From: Candidatus Bathyarchaeota archaeon
GTDB lineage: Archaea > Thermoproteota > Bathyarchaeia > Bathyarchaeales > DTEX01
Assembly: GCA_018397065.1 (NCBI GenBank)
Contig: JAGTRI010000001.1
Coordinates: 67,994 to 131,993 of the forward strand
Length of the DNA: 64,000 nucleotides
Direction of reading: 5' to 3'
Below the pieces are notes generated by a model, which saw only the letters and a program-made list of their open reading frames with translations, was not told where the DNA came from and searched no databases. Below are positions 1 through 10,403 of this stretch, one piece after another. Numbering within the stretch: position 1 is the first letter of the stretch; each line of letters begins with the position of its first letter. A program made the translations under genes and the position numbers.

Positions 1-136
1 GCAATTGCAAAAGAATGTAATTGTTTTCATTTTTAAGGATCCCCCCTCCCCTCTCTTTCACAGACTTCTTTAATATTCTTATGTGAATATTGAAGGCTGA
101 TTCAAAGAATGTATAGAATCTTGGAGGTTCAAAATT

Positions 137-427
137 ATGGAGTTTATGGTTATCACCTCGCAATTAAAGCAACCTGAACGTGAACAGATTATTATGCAAG
201 CTGTTATTGAGGCTGCTGAAACAATAGGAATTGAACGGATTACAAAAAGGAAAGGCAATGTCTACTGTACAGGAGTATATTTCGGCGATGGTGAGACAAA
301 ATCTCTGCTCTACAATGATTGGGGGAAAAATTGGGACAAGAAGAAGATCTATAATTGCATAGTGTCCTCAATTCAGAATCAGCCTATATCGAAAAAAGAA
401 GAACTTATTCTAACAATTGCCAAATAA
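137..427 (+). CDS. hypothetical protein (96 aa)
   Basis: ATG ORF with a GGAGG-like element ('ttggaggttcaaaatt') just upstream. No recognisable motif. Confidence 0.35.
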   Translation: MEFMVITSQLKQPEREQIIMQAVIEAAETIGIERITKRKGNVYCTGVYFGDGETKSLLYNDWGKNWDKKKIYNCIVSSIQNQPISKKEELILTIAK

Positions 428-564
428 TCCTGAACGTTTTTAGCCAAATTCATGTTACTAACATTTTTATAAAACTGTAACGTGTTTCTTCGAATCCTTG
501 TAAAAATCTTTATCTTACAAGACACATTAGAACTTAGACGATGCAATAAACGAGGCCTACGAAC

Positions 565-2442
565 GTGAAAATACTGCAGTTACACTCAAATTATATCGAA
601 TACCGCCCAATTGAAAAGGAAATTCCATCAGCTGAGGAATGCGAACAAAAGAAGTATCGAGTTGAAGATCTCGTTGTACTGTTCACGTGCGTTGAAAAAG
701 AAGACACAGTTGAAGTAGCACATAAGGCACTTGACGATCTAAAAGGATACCTAGACACAGTAAAGAGCAACCGAATTTTGATTTATCCCTACGCTCACCT
801 TAGCAGCAACCTTGCCAGCTCAAATGATGCACTTAGAATTCTTAAGGAGATGGAGAGCTACGCGAAGACTTTGGGAATAGAGGTTTCCCGTGCGCCTTTT
901 GGCTGGTGCAAGGAATTCTCAATTTCTATTAAAGGCCATCCGTTAGCTGAGCAATTCAGAACTCTAATCGCTGGCGAGAAAGAAGGTGAACTTATTTCAA
1001 AGGCTTTAGAAGCTGAGAGCAAAATAAAATCGCATTGGCTTATTATGAAGCTCGATGGATCAATGGTTCCAGTTGAAGAATTCGACTTCAATGGGCATGA
1101 AAAACTGAGAATATTTGCTGAGTATGAGATATCTAAAGTCAGAGCTGTCCAAAAAATTCCGCCGCACGTGAATTTAATGCGAAAACTTGAGCTCGTCGAT
1201 TATGAACTTGCTTCAGATCCGGGGAACTTCCGATGGTACCCGAAAGGCAGACTAATCAAGTCGCTTATTGAGCGATACGTGACCCAAAAGGTCATCGACT
1301 ACGGAGGGATGGAGGTTGAAACCCCAATCATGTACGACCTTGAACACCCAAGTTTAGCGAGCTATCTTCACAGGTTTCCAGCTAGGCAGTACATTTTGAA
1401 GTCTGATGATAAGGAGTTCTTCTTAAGGTTCTCCGCATGCTTCGGCCAATTTCTCATGGTTCACGACACTCAAATATCGTACCGACAGCTGCCGCTCAGA
1501 ATCTACGAGTTAACAAGATACAGTTTCAGAAGAGAAAAAAGCGGCGAACTTGCAGGGCTTAGAAGGCTTCGAAGCTTCACAATGCCAGATGTACACGCCA
1601 TGTGCAGTGACCTAGAGCAAGCGAAGCAGGAATTCTTAACTCGGTTTAAAATGTGCGTGGATACGCTTCAAGGATTCGAGTTAACTCCAAATGATTATGA
1701 ATTGGCAATTCGGTTCACCAAAGACTTCTATGAACAGAACAAGGGCTTCATCGTTTCATTAGTCCAGTTGTTCGGTAAACCAGCGTTAGTCGAGATGTGG
1801 GACGAACGTTTCTTCTATTTCGTCTTGAAGTACGAGTTCAATTTTGTTGATAACCTAAACAAGGCTTCAGCTCTTTCAACCGACCAGATTGACATTGAAA
1901 ACGCTGAAAGATACGGCATCATGTATGTTGATGAGAAGGGTGAAAAGAAATATCCATACATTTTACATTGTTCTCCAAGCGGCGCTATTGAACGAGACAT
2001 ATATGCCATGCTTGAAAAAGCCTACATGGAACAACAAAAAGGAAAAGCACCGTCATTGCCTCTCTGGCTTTCTCCAACTCAAGTTCGAGTGATTCCTGTC
2101 TCTGAGCAGTTTTTCGGTGCAGCTGAAAAAGTCGTCGCTACTTTGTTGGAACATGAGGTAAGGGCGGATTGGGATGATAGACCATTGACGATGCAGAAAA
2201 AGGTTAGAGAAGCTGAAATGGATTGGGTCCCATATATCGTTGTCATTGGGCAAAAAGAAGTTGACTCAGGAACCTTAGCCGTTCGAGACAGAAGACTAGC
2301 TGAAGCTCAAAAACCTGGAAAGGTAAGAACAATGAAGCTGAATGAGCTAGTCTCCGAAATAAAGGAAATAACACGGGGGAAACCTTTCCAAAAACTGCCG
2401 TTACCAGCTGAGCTTTCGAAAAGACCAAAATTCTATGGTTAA
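565..2442 (+). CDS. thrS: threonyl-tRNA synthetase, archaeal type with N-terminal editing domain
   Basis: 625 aa, GTG start. The N-terminus 'MKILQLHSNYIEYRP...' looks like the archaeal ThrRS editing domain. Class II core motifs are present ('FRREKSGELAGLRRLRSFTMPDVH', 'ILHCSPSGAIER'), followed by a C-terminal anticodon-binding region. Confidence 0.9.
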   Translation: MKILQLHSNYIEYRPIEKEIPSAEECEQKKYRVEDLVVLFTCVEKEDTVEVAHKALDDLKGYLDTVKSNRILIYPYAHLSSNLASSNDALRILKEMESYAKTLGIEVSRAPFGWCKEFSISIKGHPLAEQFRTLIAGEKEGELISKALEAESKIKSHWLIMKLDGSMVPVEEFDFNGHEKLRIFAEYEISKVRAVQKIPPHVNLMRKLELVDYELASDPGNFRWYPKGRLIKSLIERYVTQKVIDYGGMEVETPIMYDLEHPSLASYLHRFPARQYILKSDDKEFFLRFSACFGQFLMVHDTQISYRQLPLRIYELTRYSFRREKSGELAGLRRLRSFTMPDVHAMCSDLEQAKQEFLTRFKMCVDTLQGFELTPNDYELAIRFTKDFYEQNKGFIVSLVQLFGKPALVEMWDERFFYFVLKYEFNFVDNLNKASALSTDQIDIENAERYGIMYVDEKGEKKYPYILHCSPSGAIERDIYAMLEKAYMEQQKGKAPSLPLWLSPTQVRVIPVSEQFFGAAEKVVATLLEHEVRADWDDRPLTMQKKVREAEMDWVPYIVVIGQKEVDSGTLAVRDRRLAEAQKPGKVRTMKLNELVSEIKEITRGKPFQKLPLPAELSKRPKFYG

Positions 2443-2520
2443 CTGACTCCGTTATTTCTCGATACTTATAGACAGATATATATTCTGATTAAATACATAA
2501 CAAAATCAAGGTGTATAAAA

Positions 2521-3414
2521 ATGGCTCAAGAAGAAGGTCTCGTCTACATAGATGGTAAGTTTTATCCACGGTCTGAGGCCAAGGTTTCCGTTTTTGACCA
2601 CGGACTGCTATATGGAGACGGCGTCTTTGAAGGAATCAAATCCTACAATGGTGTTGTTTTCAAGCTCAAAGAACATTTAGACAGGCTTTATTTCTCTGCT
2701 AAGGCAATCATGCTTGAAATACCACTAACAAAGGACGAGATGTCAGAGGCGGTAATTGAAACTTTGAGAAAGAACAATCTAAAGGATGCTTATGTTCGAC
2801 TTGTTGTCACAAGAGGAATGGGAGACTTAGGACTTGACCCTAGAAAATGTTCTAAAGCCACTGTCATCATCATCGCGGTGCCTTTATTGCAATTGTACGA
2901 TGAGGAGAAACGACGAAAAGGCGTGAGCATGATAATAGCATCAGTCAGAAGAGACCCGGTGGATGCGACGACACACGAAATTAAATCTTTAAACTATCTT
3001 AACAGCATACTTGCAAAAATTGAGGCTAATAATGTAGGTGCAGATGAGGCTATAATCTTGGACACTCACGGTTTTATATGCGAAGCAACAGCTGAAAACA
3101 TCTTCTTAGTTAAAAACAACAAAATCATAACGCCAGCTGCCTCAACTGGGTGTCTAGCAGGCATTACAGCAAGTGTTGTAAAGGATATATCAGAAAAATT
3201 AGGCTACAACGTAATTGAAAAGGCAATAACGGTTACTGAACTCTATGCAGCTGACGAAGCCTTCCTCACTGGCACAGCAGCAGAACTAATGCCAATAAGA
3301 GAAGTGAATAAAAGGCAAATAGGCGAAGGAAAGATGGGGCCTGTGACTGAAAAATTGCTTAGAGAATTCCAAAAGATTACACGTGACCCAAAAAATGGTA
3401 CATCAATCTGGTAG
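2521..3414 (+). CDS. ilvE: branched-chain amino acid aminotransferase (class IV PLP enzyme)
   Basis: 297 aa with 'LLYGDGVFEGIKSY', 'THEIKSLNYLNSILAK' and 'AENIFLVKNNKIITP', typical of fold-type IV aminotransferases. Confidence 0.85.
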   Translation: MAQEEGLVYIDGKFYPRSEAKVSVFDHGLLYGDGVFEGIKSYNGVVFKLKEHLDRLYFSAKAIMLEIPLTKDEMSEAVIETLRKNNLKDAYVRLVVTRGMGDLGLDPRKCSKATVIIIAVPLLQLYDEEKRRKGVSMIIASVRRDPVDATTHEIKSLNYLNSILAKIEANNVGADEAIILDTHGFICEATAENIFLVKNNKIITPAASTGCLAGITASVVKDISEKLGYNVIEKAITVTELYAADEAFLTGTAAELMPIREVNKRQIGEGKMGPVTEKLLREFQKITRDPKNGTSIW

Positions 3415-3423
3415 GTTTCAACC

Positions 3424-4419
3424 GTGCAAGTTTTAGTCCTAACAAAAAATGAGATTGAACAACTCATTTCAATGAATGAGGTTATGCAAGCAGTTGAAGT
3501 AGCATTCAAAGAGAAAGGCTTAGGCTTTGCCCAGATGCCTCCAAAAATTTACCTTTCATATTCTAAATACAATGGCGACTTACGAGCGATGCCATCTTAT
3601 CTTGAGAGACTTAACATTTCAGCTGTGAAAGTAGTCAATTCACATTCTGAAAATCCATCCAAATACAATTTGCCATCAGTTATGGCAACAATAGTGTTGA
3701 TTGATCCTCAAAATGGGGCTCCTCTTGCAATTATGGATGGCACATGGATTACAGCAATGCGGACTGGTGCAGCAGGGGGTTTAGCAGCAAAATATTTAGC
3801 ACGTAAGGGCTCAAAAAAAGTTGGGTTAGTAGGCGCAGGAGCACAGGCTAAGACCCAGCTTTTAGCACTTATGACTCTCTATGGAAAACTAGATTTAGTA
3901 AAGGTTTGGAGCCGAACAAGAGAATTAAGAGAAAACTTCGTCTACGAAGCAAGAATGACATATAAAGATTTATCTCAAATAATTGCGGTTGAAAACATTG
4001 AAGACGCAACAAAAGAAGTAGACATTTTAGTCACAACAACTCCTTCTAGAACCCCTCTAGTTTTTGACAAATGGATTTCTGAAGGAACCCATATTAACTG
4101 TATTGGCGCTGACGCTCCTGGAAAAGAGGAGCTTGATCCTAATATTCTTAAACGTGCAAAAATCGTGGTAGACGACTGGGAGCAAGCCTCGCATTCTGGA
4201 GAAATCAACGTACCCCTATCCCAAGGTATTATCTCAAAGAATGATATATGGGGGGACATCTGTGAGATAGCAGCTGGACTTAAGCATGGAAGAACATCTG
4301 AAAGCGAAATCACTGTTTTTACATCCACGGGTCTAGCAATTCAAGACGCTGTAACAGCAAAACTTGCTTACGACAAAGCCCTTTCAAAGAAAATAGGACA
4401 AACAATAGAAATGTTCTAA
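3424..4419 (+). CDS. ornithine cyclodeaminase / mu-crystallin family protein (archaeal alanine dehydrogenase-like)
   Basis: 331 aa, GTG start. Rossmann motif 'VGLVGAGAQAKTQL' and 'TAMRTGAAGG', typical of the OCD/mu-crystallin family. Confidence 0.8.
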   Translation: MQVLVLTKNEIEQLISMNEVMQAVEVAFKEKGLGFAQMPPKIYLSYSKYNGDLRAMPSYLERLNISAVKVVNSHSENPSKYNLPSVMATIVLIDPQNGAPLAIMDGTWITAMRTGAAGGLAAKYLARKGSKKVGLVGAGAQAKTQLLALMTLYGKLDLVKVWSRTRELRENFVYEARMTYKDLSQIIAVENIEDATKEVDILVTTTPSRTPLVFDKWISEGTHINCIGADAPGKEELDPNILKRAKIVVDDWEQASHSGEINVPLSQGIISKNDIWGDICEIAAGLKHGRTSESEITVFTSTGLAIQDAVTAKLAYDKALSKKIGQTIEMF

Positions 4420-4661
4420 TAATTCTTTTTAAATTTTCCTTTATTATTTTCAGGTTTTCATTCTGGTTTTGTTATCGCATTCATTTTCCTAATAGAGTTT
4501 GCAAACCCATTTATTTAGCACTAGAAAACAGTAAAGACTTCATTTTTATTTGAAAATTAGTTTTCACGGTTATTCAACCGTAAGCTTTATGAAATAGTTA
4601 TGTAAATGATGAAAAGGTTTCATCGAAACTACTAGGTTAATATACTGTCTGGTGACCTCGC

Positions 4662-6269
4662 TTGCCTGAAAGAGTTTTAAAAAATTCATCATATCTTAAC
4701 GGGAAGTCTACAACTGGAACGAATACCCGTGTAAGAGATGTCAGCAGCATAAGCGGAATGTGCCCATTATGTGTTAGAGACTGTCCAGTTCTGTGTGAAA
4801 TCAGCCTTTCTGCCTTTAGAGGAAGAGAGGCCCTTTACCCTGAACCTATACAATATGGTTTTAGCACAGCAGCCTCGCTTAAAGACTACGGTTTAGACTG
4901 GTCTCATTTTAACATTCAATCTGGACTTTTCGAAGTTCATGGAATAGACGCTGACCCAGACAAGGCATTCTTTGAAAATGTCAGCACAGAGACTACGATA
5001 GGCGGTGTTCCACTGAAAATTCCCATGTTCATAGGCGCCTTTGGCTCCACAGAGGTTGCAAGGCTGAATTGGGCTGGCTTGGCAATGGGAGCAGCATTGT
5101 CAGGAATCGGAATCATAATTGGCGAAAACGTTTGTGGAATGGATCCTGATTCAGTTATTACAAACGGAAAACTGTCTTTCTCTAAGGAGCTTAAACGGCG
5201 CGTAGACATCTTTCGTCAGCTGTGGGATGGAAAATATGGCGATGTTGTTGTGCAGACAAACGTTGAGGATCAAAGACTTGGAGTAGACGAATACGCACTT
5301 TCAAAACTTGAAGTCAACATAATAGAACGCAAGTGGGGGCAAGGAGCCAAAGCTATAGGTGGTGAAGTCAGAATTCGAGACCTAGCTCAAGCAATAATGC
5401 TCAAGAAAAGAGGCTACCTCGTTATTCCAGATCCTGAAGACCCAGTTGCCCAAGAAGCCTTTAAGGACGGAGTTTTCACATCTTTTGAAAGACACAGTCG
5501 AGTGGGCATACCTGAAAGAAAAACTTTCTTAGACGACATCGATTGGCTGCGGGAACGAGGAGCGAAAAAAGTCTTCTTAAAAACAGGCGCTTACAAGCCA
5601 TCAGCTGTCGCTTACACGATGAAGATGGCGTCAGAAGCTAAAATTGATGCTGTAACCTTTGATGGTGCTGGTGGAGGAACAGGAATGAGCCCCGTTCCGA
5701 TGATGGATGAAATGAGCATTCCTACAGTCTACCTTGAAGCCCTAGTTCTGAAATGCGCGAGAATTCTTAAAAAGAAAGGACGATACGTTCCTGACATAAT
5801 TATGGCTGGCGGATTCATCAACGAAACCCAAATCTTTAAGGCTCTTGCATTGAGCAACTTCGGAGACGGGCCGTTCGTCAAAGGTGTCCTCATGGCAAGG
5901 TCACCATTGACTGCTGTAATGAAGAGCTCATATTTCGTGGAACTTGCGCAATCAGGAAAACTGCCTAAATCATTTGTTGACAGCTATGGTAACACGCCAG
6001 AAAAATTCTTTGTCGCAGCCCCTGAACTGATAAACAAGTTGGGTGAAAAGTTCAAAGAGGTACCTTGGGAAGCAGTTGGGTTATACTCGTATCTGAATGA
6101 ACGTGTAAGAGTTGGATTAATGCAGATGATGGCTGGAGCTCGCAAATGGCGCTTAGACTTGCTAGACAGATCTGATCTGATGTCGCTTACAGAGAGAGCA
6201 GCCAAGGTCACTGGGATCCCATTGGCTGAAGACGTCGACGACGAGGCTATCGAAAGAATACTCAATTAA
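4662..6269 (+). CDS. glutamate synthase-related FMN-binding domain protein (stand-alone GltB domain-2 paralog)
   Basis: 535 aa with 'KWGQGAKAIGGEV' and 'FDGAGGGTGMSP', resembling the GltB FMN-domain signatures, plus an N-terminal Cys cluster 'CPLCVRDCPVLC'. The ORF-track start is TTG. The first ATG is at 4758, so the true start is uncertain. Confidence 0.7.
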   Translation: MPERVLKNSSYLNGKSTTGTNTRVRDVSSISGMCPLCVRDCPVLCEISLSAFRGREALYPEPIQYGFSTAASLKDYGLDWSHFNIQSGLFEVHGIDADPDKAFFENVSTETTIGGVPLKIPMFIGAFGSTEVARLNWAGLAMGAALSGIGIIIGENVCGMDPDSVITNGKLSFSKELKRRVDIFRQLWDGKYGDVVVQTNVEDQRLGVDEYALSKLEVNIIERKWGQGAKAIGGEVRIRDLAQAIMLKKRGYLVIPDPEDPVAQEAFKDGVFTSFERHSRVGIPERKTFLDDIDWLRERGAKKVFLKTGAYKPSAVAYTMKMASEAKIDAVTFDGAGGGTGMSPVPMMDEMSIPTVYLEALVLKCARILKKKGRYVPDIIMAGGFINETQIFKALALSNFGDGPFVKGVLMARSPLTAVMKSSYFVELAQSGKLPKSFVDSYGNTPEKFFVAAPELINKLGEKFKEVPWEAVGLYSYLNERVRVGLMQMMAGARKWRLDLLDRSDLMSLTERAAKVTGIPLAEDVDDEAIERILN

Positions 6270-6491
6270 CCAAAAAAGCGCAATTCCATGTCTCTTTTTG
6301 GCACAAGATTGAAAACTAGTATACAGTATGCAAAAACCTAATGGAACTCAAGAAGAATCTTGAAAATGTTCCTATATTTTTCTTCGCTTAACGTTGTTAA
6401 TTGAATCCGTTGTTTCCACGCCAACGAATCTAAGGTATTTAGATAAGATTTTTGCTTATATTTACTGGCAATATTTAAAAATTCCAAGCTC

Positions 6492-7313
6492 TTAATACCA
6501 ACCCAAGGTTCCTTCACGTTTTGATCTGGCAACTCCCCAACGGAAAACTTTGTACCCCAAAGGGAGAAGTATGACTGCGAATACGGAGCCTTTTAGAAAC
6601 TCGACTAGAACTTGAGGGTTCGAAAGTGAGGGATTAGTTAACATGGCTAAGCGGCAAAGGTGATAGACCCATGTTTGAGGGAAGAACCAAGAAATTGTCG
6701 AAATTCCTGGGAGGAATATTGTGTCAAGGTAGATCACTGGAAATGAGACTCCTGCGAAAATGTTCGAGAGAACATTAATTATCCATGTAATTGGATCCAT
6801 GGATTTTGTCACGATCATTAGACCTGTGGATATCATAGCTAAGCCAACTAGTATTGCAGCTGATATTGCGAAAGCAACAATTACTGAAGCAATGTTTGCG
6901 TTCAGCGACACGTGAAATACGTAAATGCCGATGAGAAGGTAGGGAATGAAGGTGATTATGGAAAAAATGTATGTCCACATAACGTTGCCGATAACAAAAA
7001 CTGGAGTACTTACACCCGTCATAAGAATTGTTTCAATTGTCCACGGGTTTAATTGGCTGTGGACTCCTTGCACCAAAGGCATTATTAGGTTACCGATTGC
7101 GATGCCTACTATAAGAAACGAGATATAATTTGTTCCAGTACCATACATTTGGCTAACAGGCTTATTTACGTAAGTTGCTGTTACTCCCCACGAGAACACA
7201 CCTATGAAAACATTTATGATTTGGGTAATGACAACGGTCTTATAAGTTGTCCAGCTGTAAAAGTCCCGTTTTGTGAATGCAATAATCTGTTTTAACTCAA
7301 TTGGAATCTCCAT
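6492..7313 (-). CDS. ABC-2 type transporter permease
   Basis: 273 aa, about six hydrophobic segments, immediately downstream of an ABC ATPase with a 2-nt gap. Confidence 0.7.
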   Translation of the reverse strand: MEIPIELKQIIAFTKRDFYSWTTYKTVVITQIINVFIGVFSWGVTATYVNKPVSQMYGTGTNYISFLIVGIAIGNLIMPLVQGVHSQLNPWTIETILMTGVSTPVFVIGNVMWTYIFSIITFIPYLLIGIYVFHVSLNANIASVIVAFAISAAILVGLAMISTGLMIVTKSMDPITWIINVLSNIFAGVSFPVIYLDTIFLPGISTISWFFPQTWVYHLCRLAMLTNPSLSNPQVLVEFLKGSVFAVILLPLGYKVFRWGVARSKREGTLGWY

Positions 7314-7315
7314 TT

Positions 7316-8437
7316 TTACGACCTCTGTCCAAAACTTCCAAAGTTTTCTTGTGGCTCAACATGTTGCCGTGTGATAGCCATGAATGCGTCCTCTAAAGTT
7401 GGCTCTTTAGTGTTTATCATTTTAATCTTAAGTCCACTTTTCATAACGACCTCTAAAATGCTTGAAAGGTCCACGTTCTTATCAACCCGTATTGATATTT
7501 CATGAAAATTTCCGTCCAGATCAATTCCAGGGGTGACTCCATGAACTCCACTTATTTCTTCCAATTTCTCTATCATTTTCTTTTGTTCATCATCGTAAAT
7601 TGCGTCAACAAATGCTATGTTGAAGACCTTTTCATCGAACATTAAGTAACGAATGTTGTTTGGTGTGTCGCACGCGGTAATTTTTCCTCTGTCAAGAATG
7701 GCTATGCGGTCGCAAACGTTTTGTGCCTCAAACAGATTATGAGTGCTAAGTAATATTGTCTTTTTTTCTTCATGAGCTATTTTTTTGTGCAACAGATCTC
7801 GAAACTCTGCAGCTGAAGTCGGATCTAAACCTACAGTAGGTTCATCAAAAAGTAAAATAGGTGTATTCCGAAGCAACGACCTGCACAAAAGCAGCTTACG
7901 CTGCATTCCAGTGGAATACCGTTGGTAATAGTCATCGGCGCGATCCTTCAATCCAGTGAAATCCAACAAATAGTCTATTCTTTCTTTAGCCTCTTTTTCA
8001 TTTAACCCGTATAAAAGCGCATAGAATTCTAAGTTCTGCCGTCCGGTTAACCTCCAGTTGAACCCTCTGCTTTCAGGCAACACTGCTTGAAGATTTTTTA
8101 AAACTTGGTTAGGTTCCCTTTTAACATCAAAACCATTGACGTAAGCTTCGCCTTCGTCATGTATGACCAAAGTGCAAAGAATTTTAATTAATGTCGTCTT
8201 ACCTGCTCCGTTAGGACCGAGAACACCGAAGATTTCGCCTTTTTTTATTTGAATGTTTACTCCTCTAAGCGCCTCGATGAATGGCCCCCTTATTCCTTTA
8301 ATGATTTTAAGCAATCCAGTGAATGATTCTACCCGACCAATTCTAGCAGGACCTAAATGAAAATGGCCTTCTCTACCCCTTCTCGCTGTAGTCGGATACC
8401 TTTTTACTAAGTTAATGGTTTCTATGGCAAACTCCAT
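7316..8437 (-). CDS. ABC transporter ATP-binding protein
   Basis: Walker A 'GPNGAGKTT', signature 'YSTGMQRKL', Walker B 'LLFDEPTVGLD' and H-loop 'LSTHN'. There is a C-terminal accessory domain of about 130 aa. Confidence 0.9.
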   Translation of the reverse strand: MEFAIETINLVKRYPTTARRGREGHFHLGPARIGRVESFTGLLKIIKGIRGPFIEALRGVNIQIKKGEIFGVLGPNGAGKTTLIKILCTLVIHDEGEAYVNGFDVKREPNQVLKNLQAVLPESRGFNWRLTGRQNLEFYALLYGLNEKEAKERIDYLLDFTGLKDRADDYYQRYSTGMQRKLLLCRSLLRNTPILLFDEPTVGLDPTSAAEFRDLLHKKIAHEEKKTILLSTHNLFEAQNVCDRIAILDRGKITACDTPNNIRYLMFDEKVFNIAFVDAIYDDEQKKMIEKLEEISGVHGVTPGIDLDGNFHEISIRVDKNVDLSSILEVVMKSGLKIKMINTKEPTLEDAFMAITRQHVEPQENFGSFGQRS

Positions 8438-8444
8438 ATTTGAA

Positions 8445-9002
8445 TTAGCTTCCTTTCATGATGGTTTCATAACTTTTTGTTAGCTCTTCGATTTCCGCTG
8501 TCGCTCTTGTGAGAATTAATCGAACTTTTTCTTTAATTTTTTCAGCCCCATCCTTTTTAATGAGGAAATTGATTCTTTCAAGCAACTCTAACAGTTTCGT
8601 ACTTTGCTGAAGAAGATCCTCATCTATCTCTTTGTGAAGTATATGCTCAAACCTTCTCATACAATGCATTTTTTTCTGAAAAACCTCTTTTTTATCATCA
8701 TATTTAGCTAGTAATGCCTGACCACTATTTGATAGCCTAAAACGTTTAAGGCCTGTTTCATCCGGCATTATTTCTTCAACGAAACCTTCTTCATGCAACC
8801 TCGCCAACAAAGGGTATATACAACCTGGGCCGGGCTTCCGCCCTGTCAGTTTCTTGATTTCTCCTATAATCTCCGAGCCCAACATGGCTTTTTGGTTAAG
8901 AATCTTAAGTACTCCGTAAGATAGGAATCCTCTGGGAAATCCAACGGAGCGTTTCATCCAATTTTCTTCGTGCTGGCGCACGTTTATCGCCATTAACGTC
9001 AT
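8445..9002 (-). CDS. PadR-family winged-helix transcriptional regulator
   Basis: 'GSEIIGEIKKLTGRKPGPGCIYPLLARLHEEGFVEE' matches the PadR wHTH pattern. It is the first gene of a padR-ABC operon. Confidence 0.75.
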   Translation of the reverse strand: MTLMAINVRQHEENWMKRSVGFPRGFLSYGVLKILNQKAMLGSEIIGEIKKLTGRKPGPGCIYPLLARLHEEGFVEEIMPDETGLKRFRLSNSGQALLAKYDDKKEVFQKKMHCMRRFEHILHKEIDEDLLQQSTKLLELLERINFLIKKDGAEKIKEKVRLILTRATAEIEELTKSYETIMKGS

Positions 9003-9106
9003 TATGATATTACTAGTGACAAATAAGATTTTTGAATAATTCAGATTGAAATGTTGCTAGTTCTGTAGATACAACAAAAAGATTAACAATAAGAAAAGCC
9101 GATATT

Positions 9107-10360
9107 TTGATGATGTCTATGAAATCGATATACGAAGAAAAAAGAAAAATCGATGTAGTCGCAGAAGTTGATGTGGTAGTAGCAGGAGGAGGACCAGCCG
9201 GTTTAGCAGCAGCAACAGCTGCAGCAAGATGCGGCGCTAATACTATTTTAGTTGAACGATATGGCTATCTCGGGGGGCTTGCTACAGGTGGTCTGGTGAT
9301 ATGCCTAGTGGAAACAGACAGGTACAATTATGGGTTATGCCAAGAATTCATTGATGAACTAAGTAGCATGAAAGCTGCAAAACATAATAGGGCAAGCGGC
9401 GAAACACCGAAGTGGACAGAGGGAGCCAGTTTCAGCGGCGAAGAATCTTGGACCTTTGACCCGCAAGTTTTCAAGTTTTTAGCGGACAAGTTTGTATTAG
9501 AATCAGGAGCAGACATGTTGCTACATTCGTATGTTGCTTCAGCAATTGTAAAGGGTAATGAGGTTAATGGCATAATTGTTGAAGGCAAATCTGGCGGACA
9601 AGCAATTTTAGGTAAAGTTGTTGTTGATGCTACTGGAGACGCTGATATAGCAGCTGCAGCAGGAGCACCATTCAACTATGATAGGCATCCTTGGGGCATA
9701 GACTTAGAGTATAGGGTCGGCAATGTTGACCTAGAAAGGGCTCTACAATGGAGAAATGAAAACAAAGCCTCATATGAGATGCTTATGAAGGAGCTGGGAA
9801 AAGACGCAGCGATAATGGGCTGGGGAGGAGACGTGAATAAAGGCGTCGTTTGGTGTCACGGTCCTCATTTCTATAATGTTGATGGTTTAAATACGAGGCA
9901 CCTCACAAAAATCGAGGTTGAGTCCAGAAAAAAGATTATGAAGACGCTTGAATTTTACAAAAAACACATTCCAGGATTTGAAGACGCTTTTGTGTTAGAA
10001 TTTGCTCCTCAGACAGGTATTCGGGAAACTCGTCGAATAATAGGAGAATACATTTTGACAAAAGAGGACGCTGTGTCTGGAAGGAGATTTGACGATGCGG
10101 TTGCCAGAAGCCTCTTCGACATACCTTACAGATGCTTAATTCCTAAAACCGTTGATGGACTTATCGCAGCTGGAAGATGCATTTCCACAACTCACGAAGC
10201 TCACGGCGTCATAAGAAACATCCCACCATGCATCATCACTGGTCAAGCAGCTGGAACAGCAGCAGCTCTTGCCTCACATAAAGGTGTTGCACCTAGAAAA
10301 CTCGATGTACACCTGTTGAGAGAGACCTTAGTAAAACAAGGATTTAAGTTGAAGAAATAA
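9107..10360 (+). CDS. FAD-dependent oxidoreductase (FAD_oxidored-like)
   Basis: N-terminal dinucleotide fold 'DVVVAGGGPAGLAAATAAARCGANTILVERYGYLGGLATGG'. The ATG at 9110 is more likely than the TTG at 9107. Confidence 0.75.
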   Translation: MMMSMKSIYEEKRKIDVVAEVDVVVAGGGPAGLAAATAAARCGANTILVERYGYLGGLATGGLVICLVETDRYNYGLCQEFIDELSSMKAAKHNRASGETPKWTEGASFSGEESWTFDPQVFKFLADKFVLESGADMLLHSYVASAIVKGNEVNGIIVEGKSGGQAILGKVVVDATGDADIAAAAGAPFNYDRHPWGIDLEYRVGNVDLERALQWRNENKASYEMLMKELGKDAAIMGWGGDVNKGVVWCHGPHFYNVDGLNTRHLTKIEVESRKKIMKTLEFYKKHIPGFEDAFVLEFAPQTGIRETRRIIGEYILTKEDAVSGRRFDDAVARSLFDIPYRCLIPKTVDGLIAAGRCISTTHEAHGVIRNIPPCIITGQAAGTAAALASHKGVAPRKLDVHLLRETLVKQGFKLKK

Positions 10361-10403
10361 GGAAACGGTTAGAATTATGAAAAATAAATAATGGGAGATA
10401 AAT

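Noticed and set aside
489-497. 'ttcgaatcc', a T-loop-like string that could mark a tRNA between ORF 137..427 and thrS.
   Set aside because: The flanking sequence is AT-rich, and no acceptor, D or anticodon stems can be drawn.
7316-8437. An insertion of about 38 aa between the first beta-strand and the Walker A region of the ABC ATPase ('TTARRGREGHFHLGPARIGRVESFTGLLKIIKGIRGPFI').
   Set aside because: As I recall, similar N-terminal insertions occur in known ABC-2/COG4586-type ATPases. All catalytic motifs are intact, so it is probably a subfamily trait rather than a novelty.
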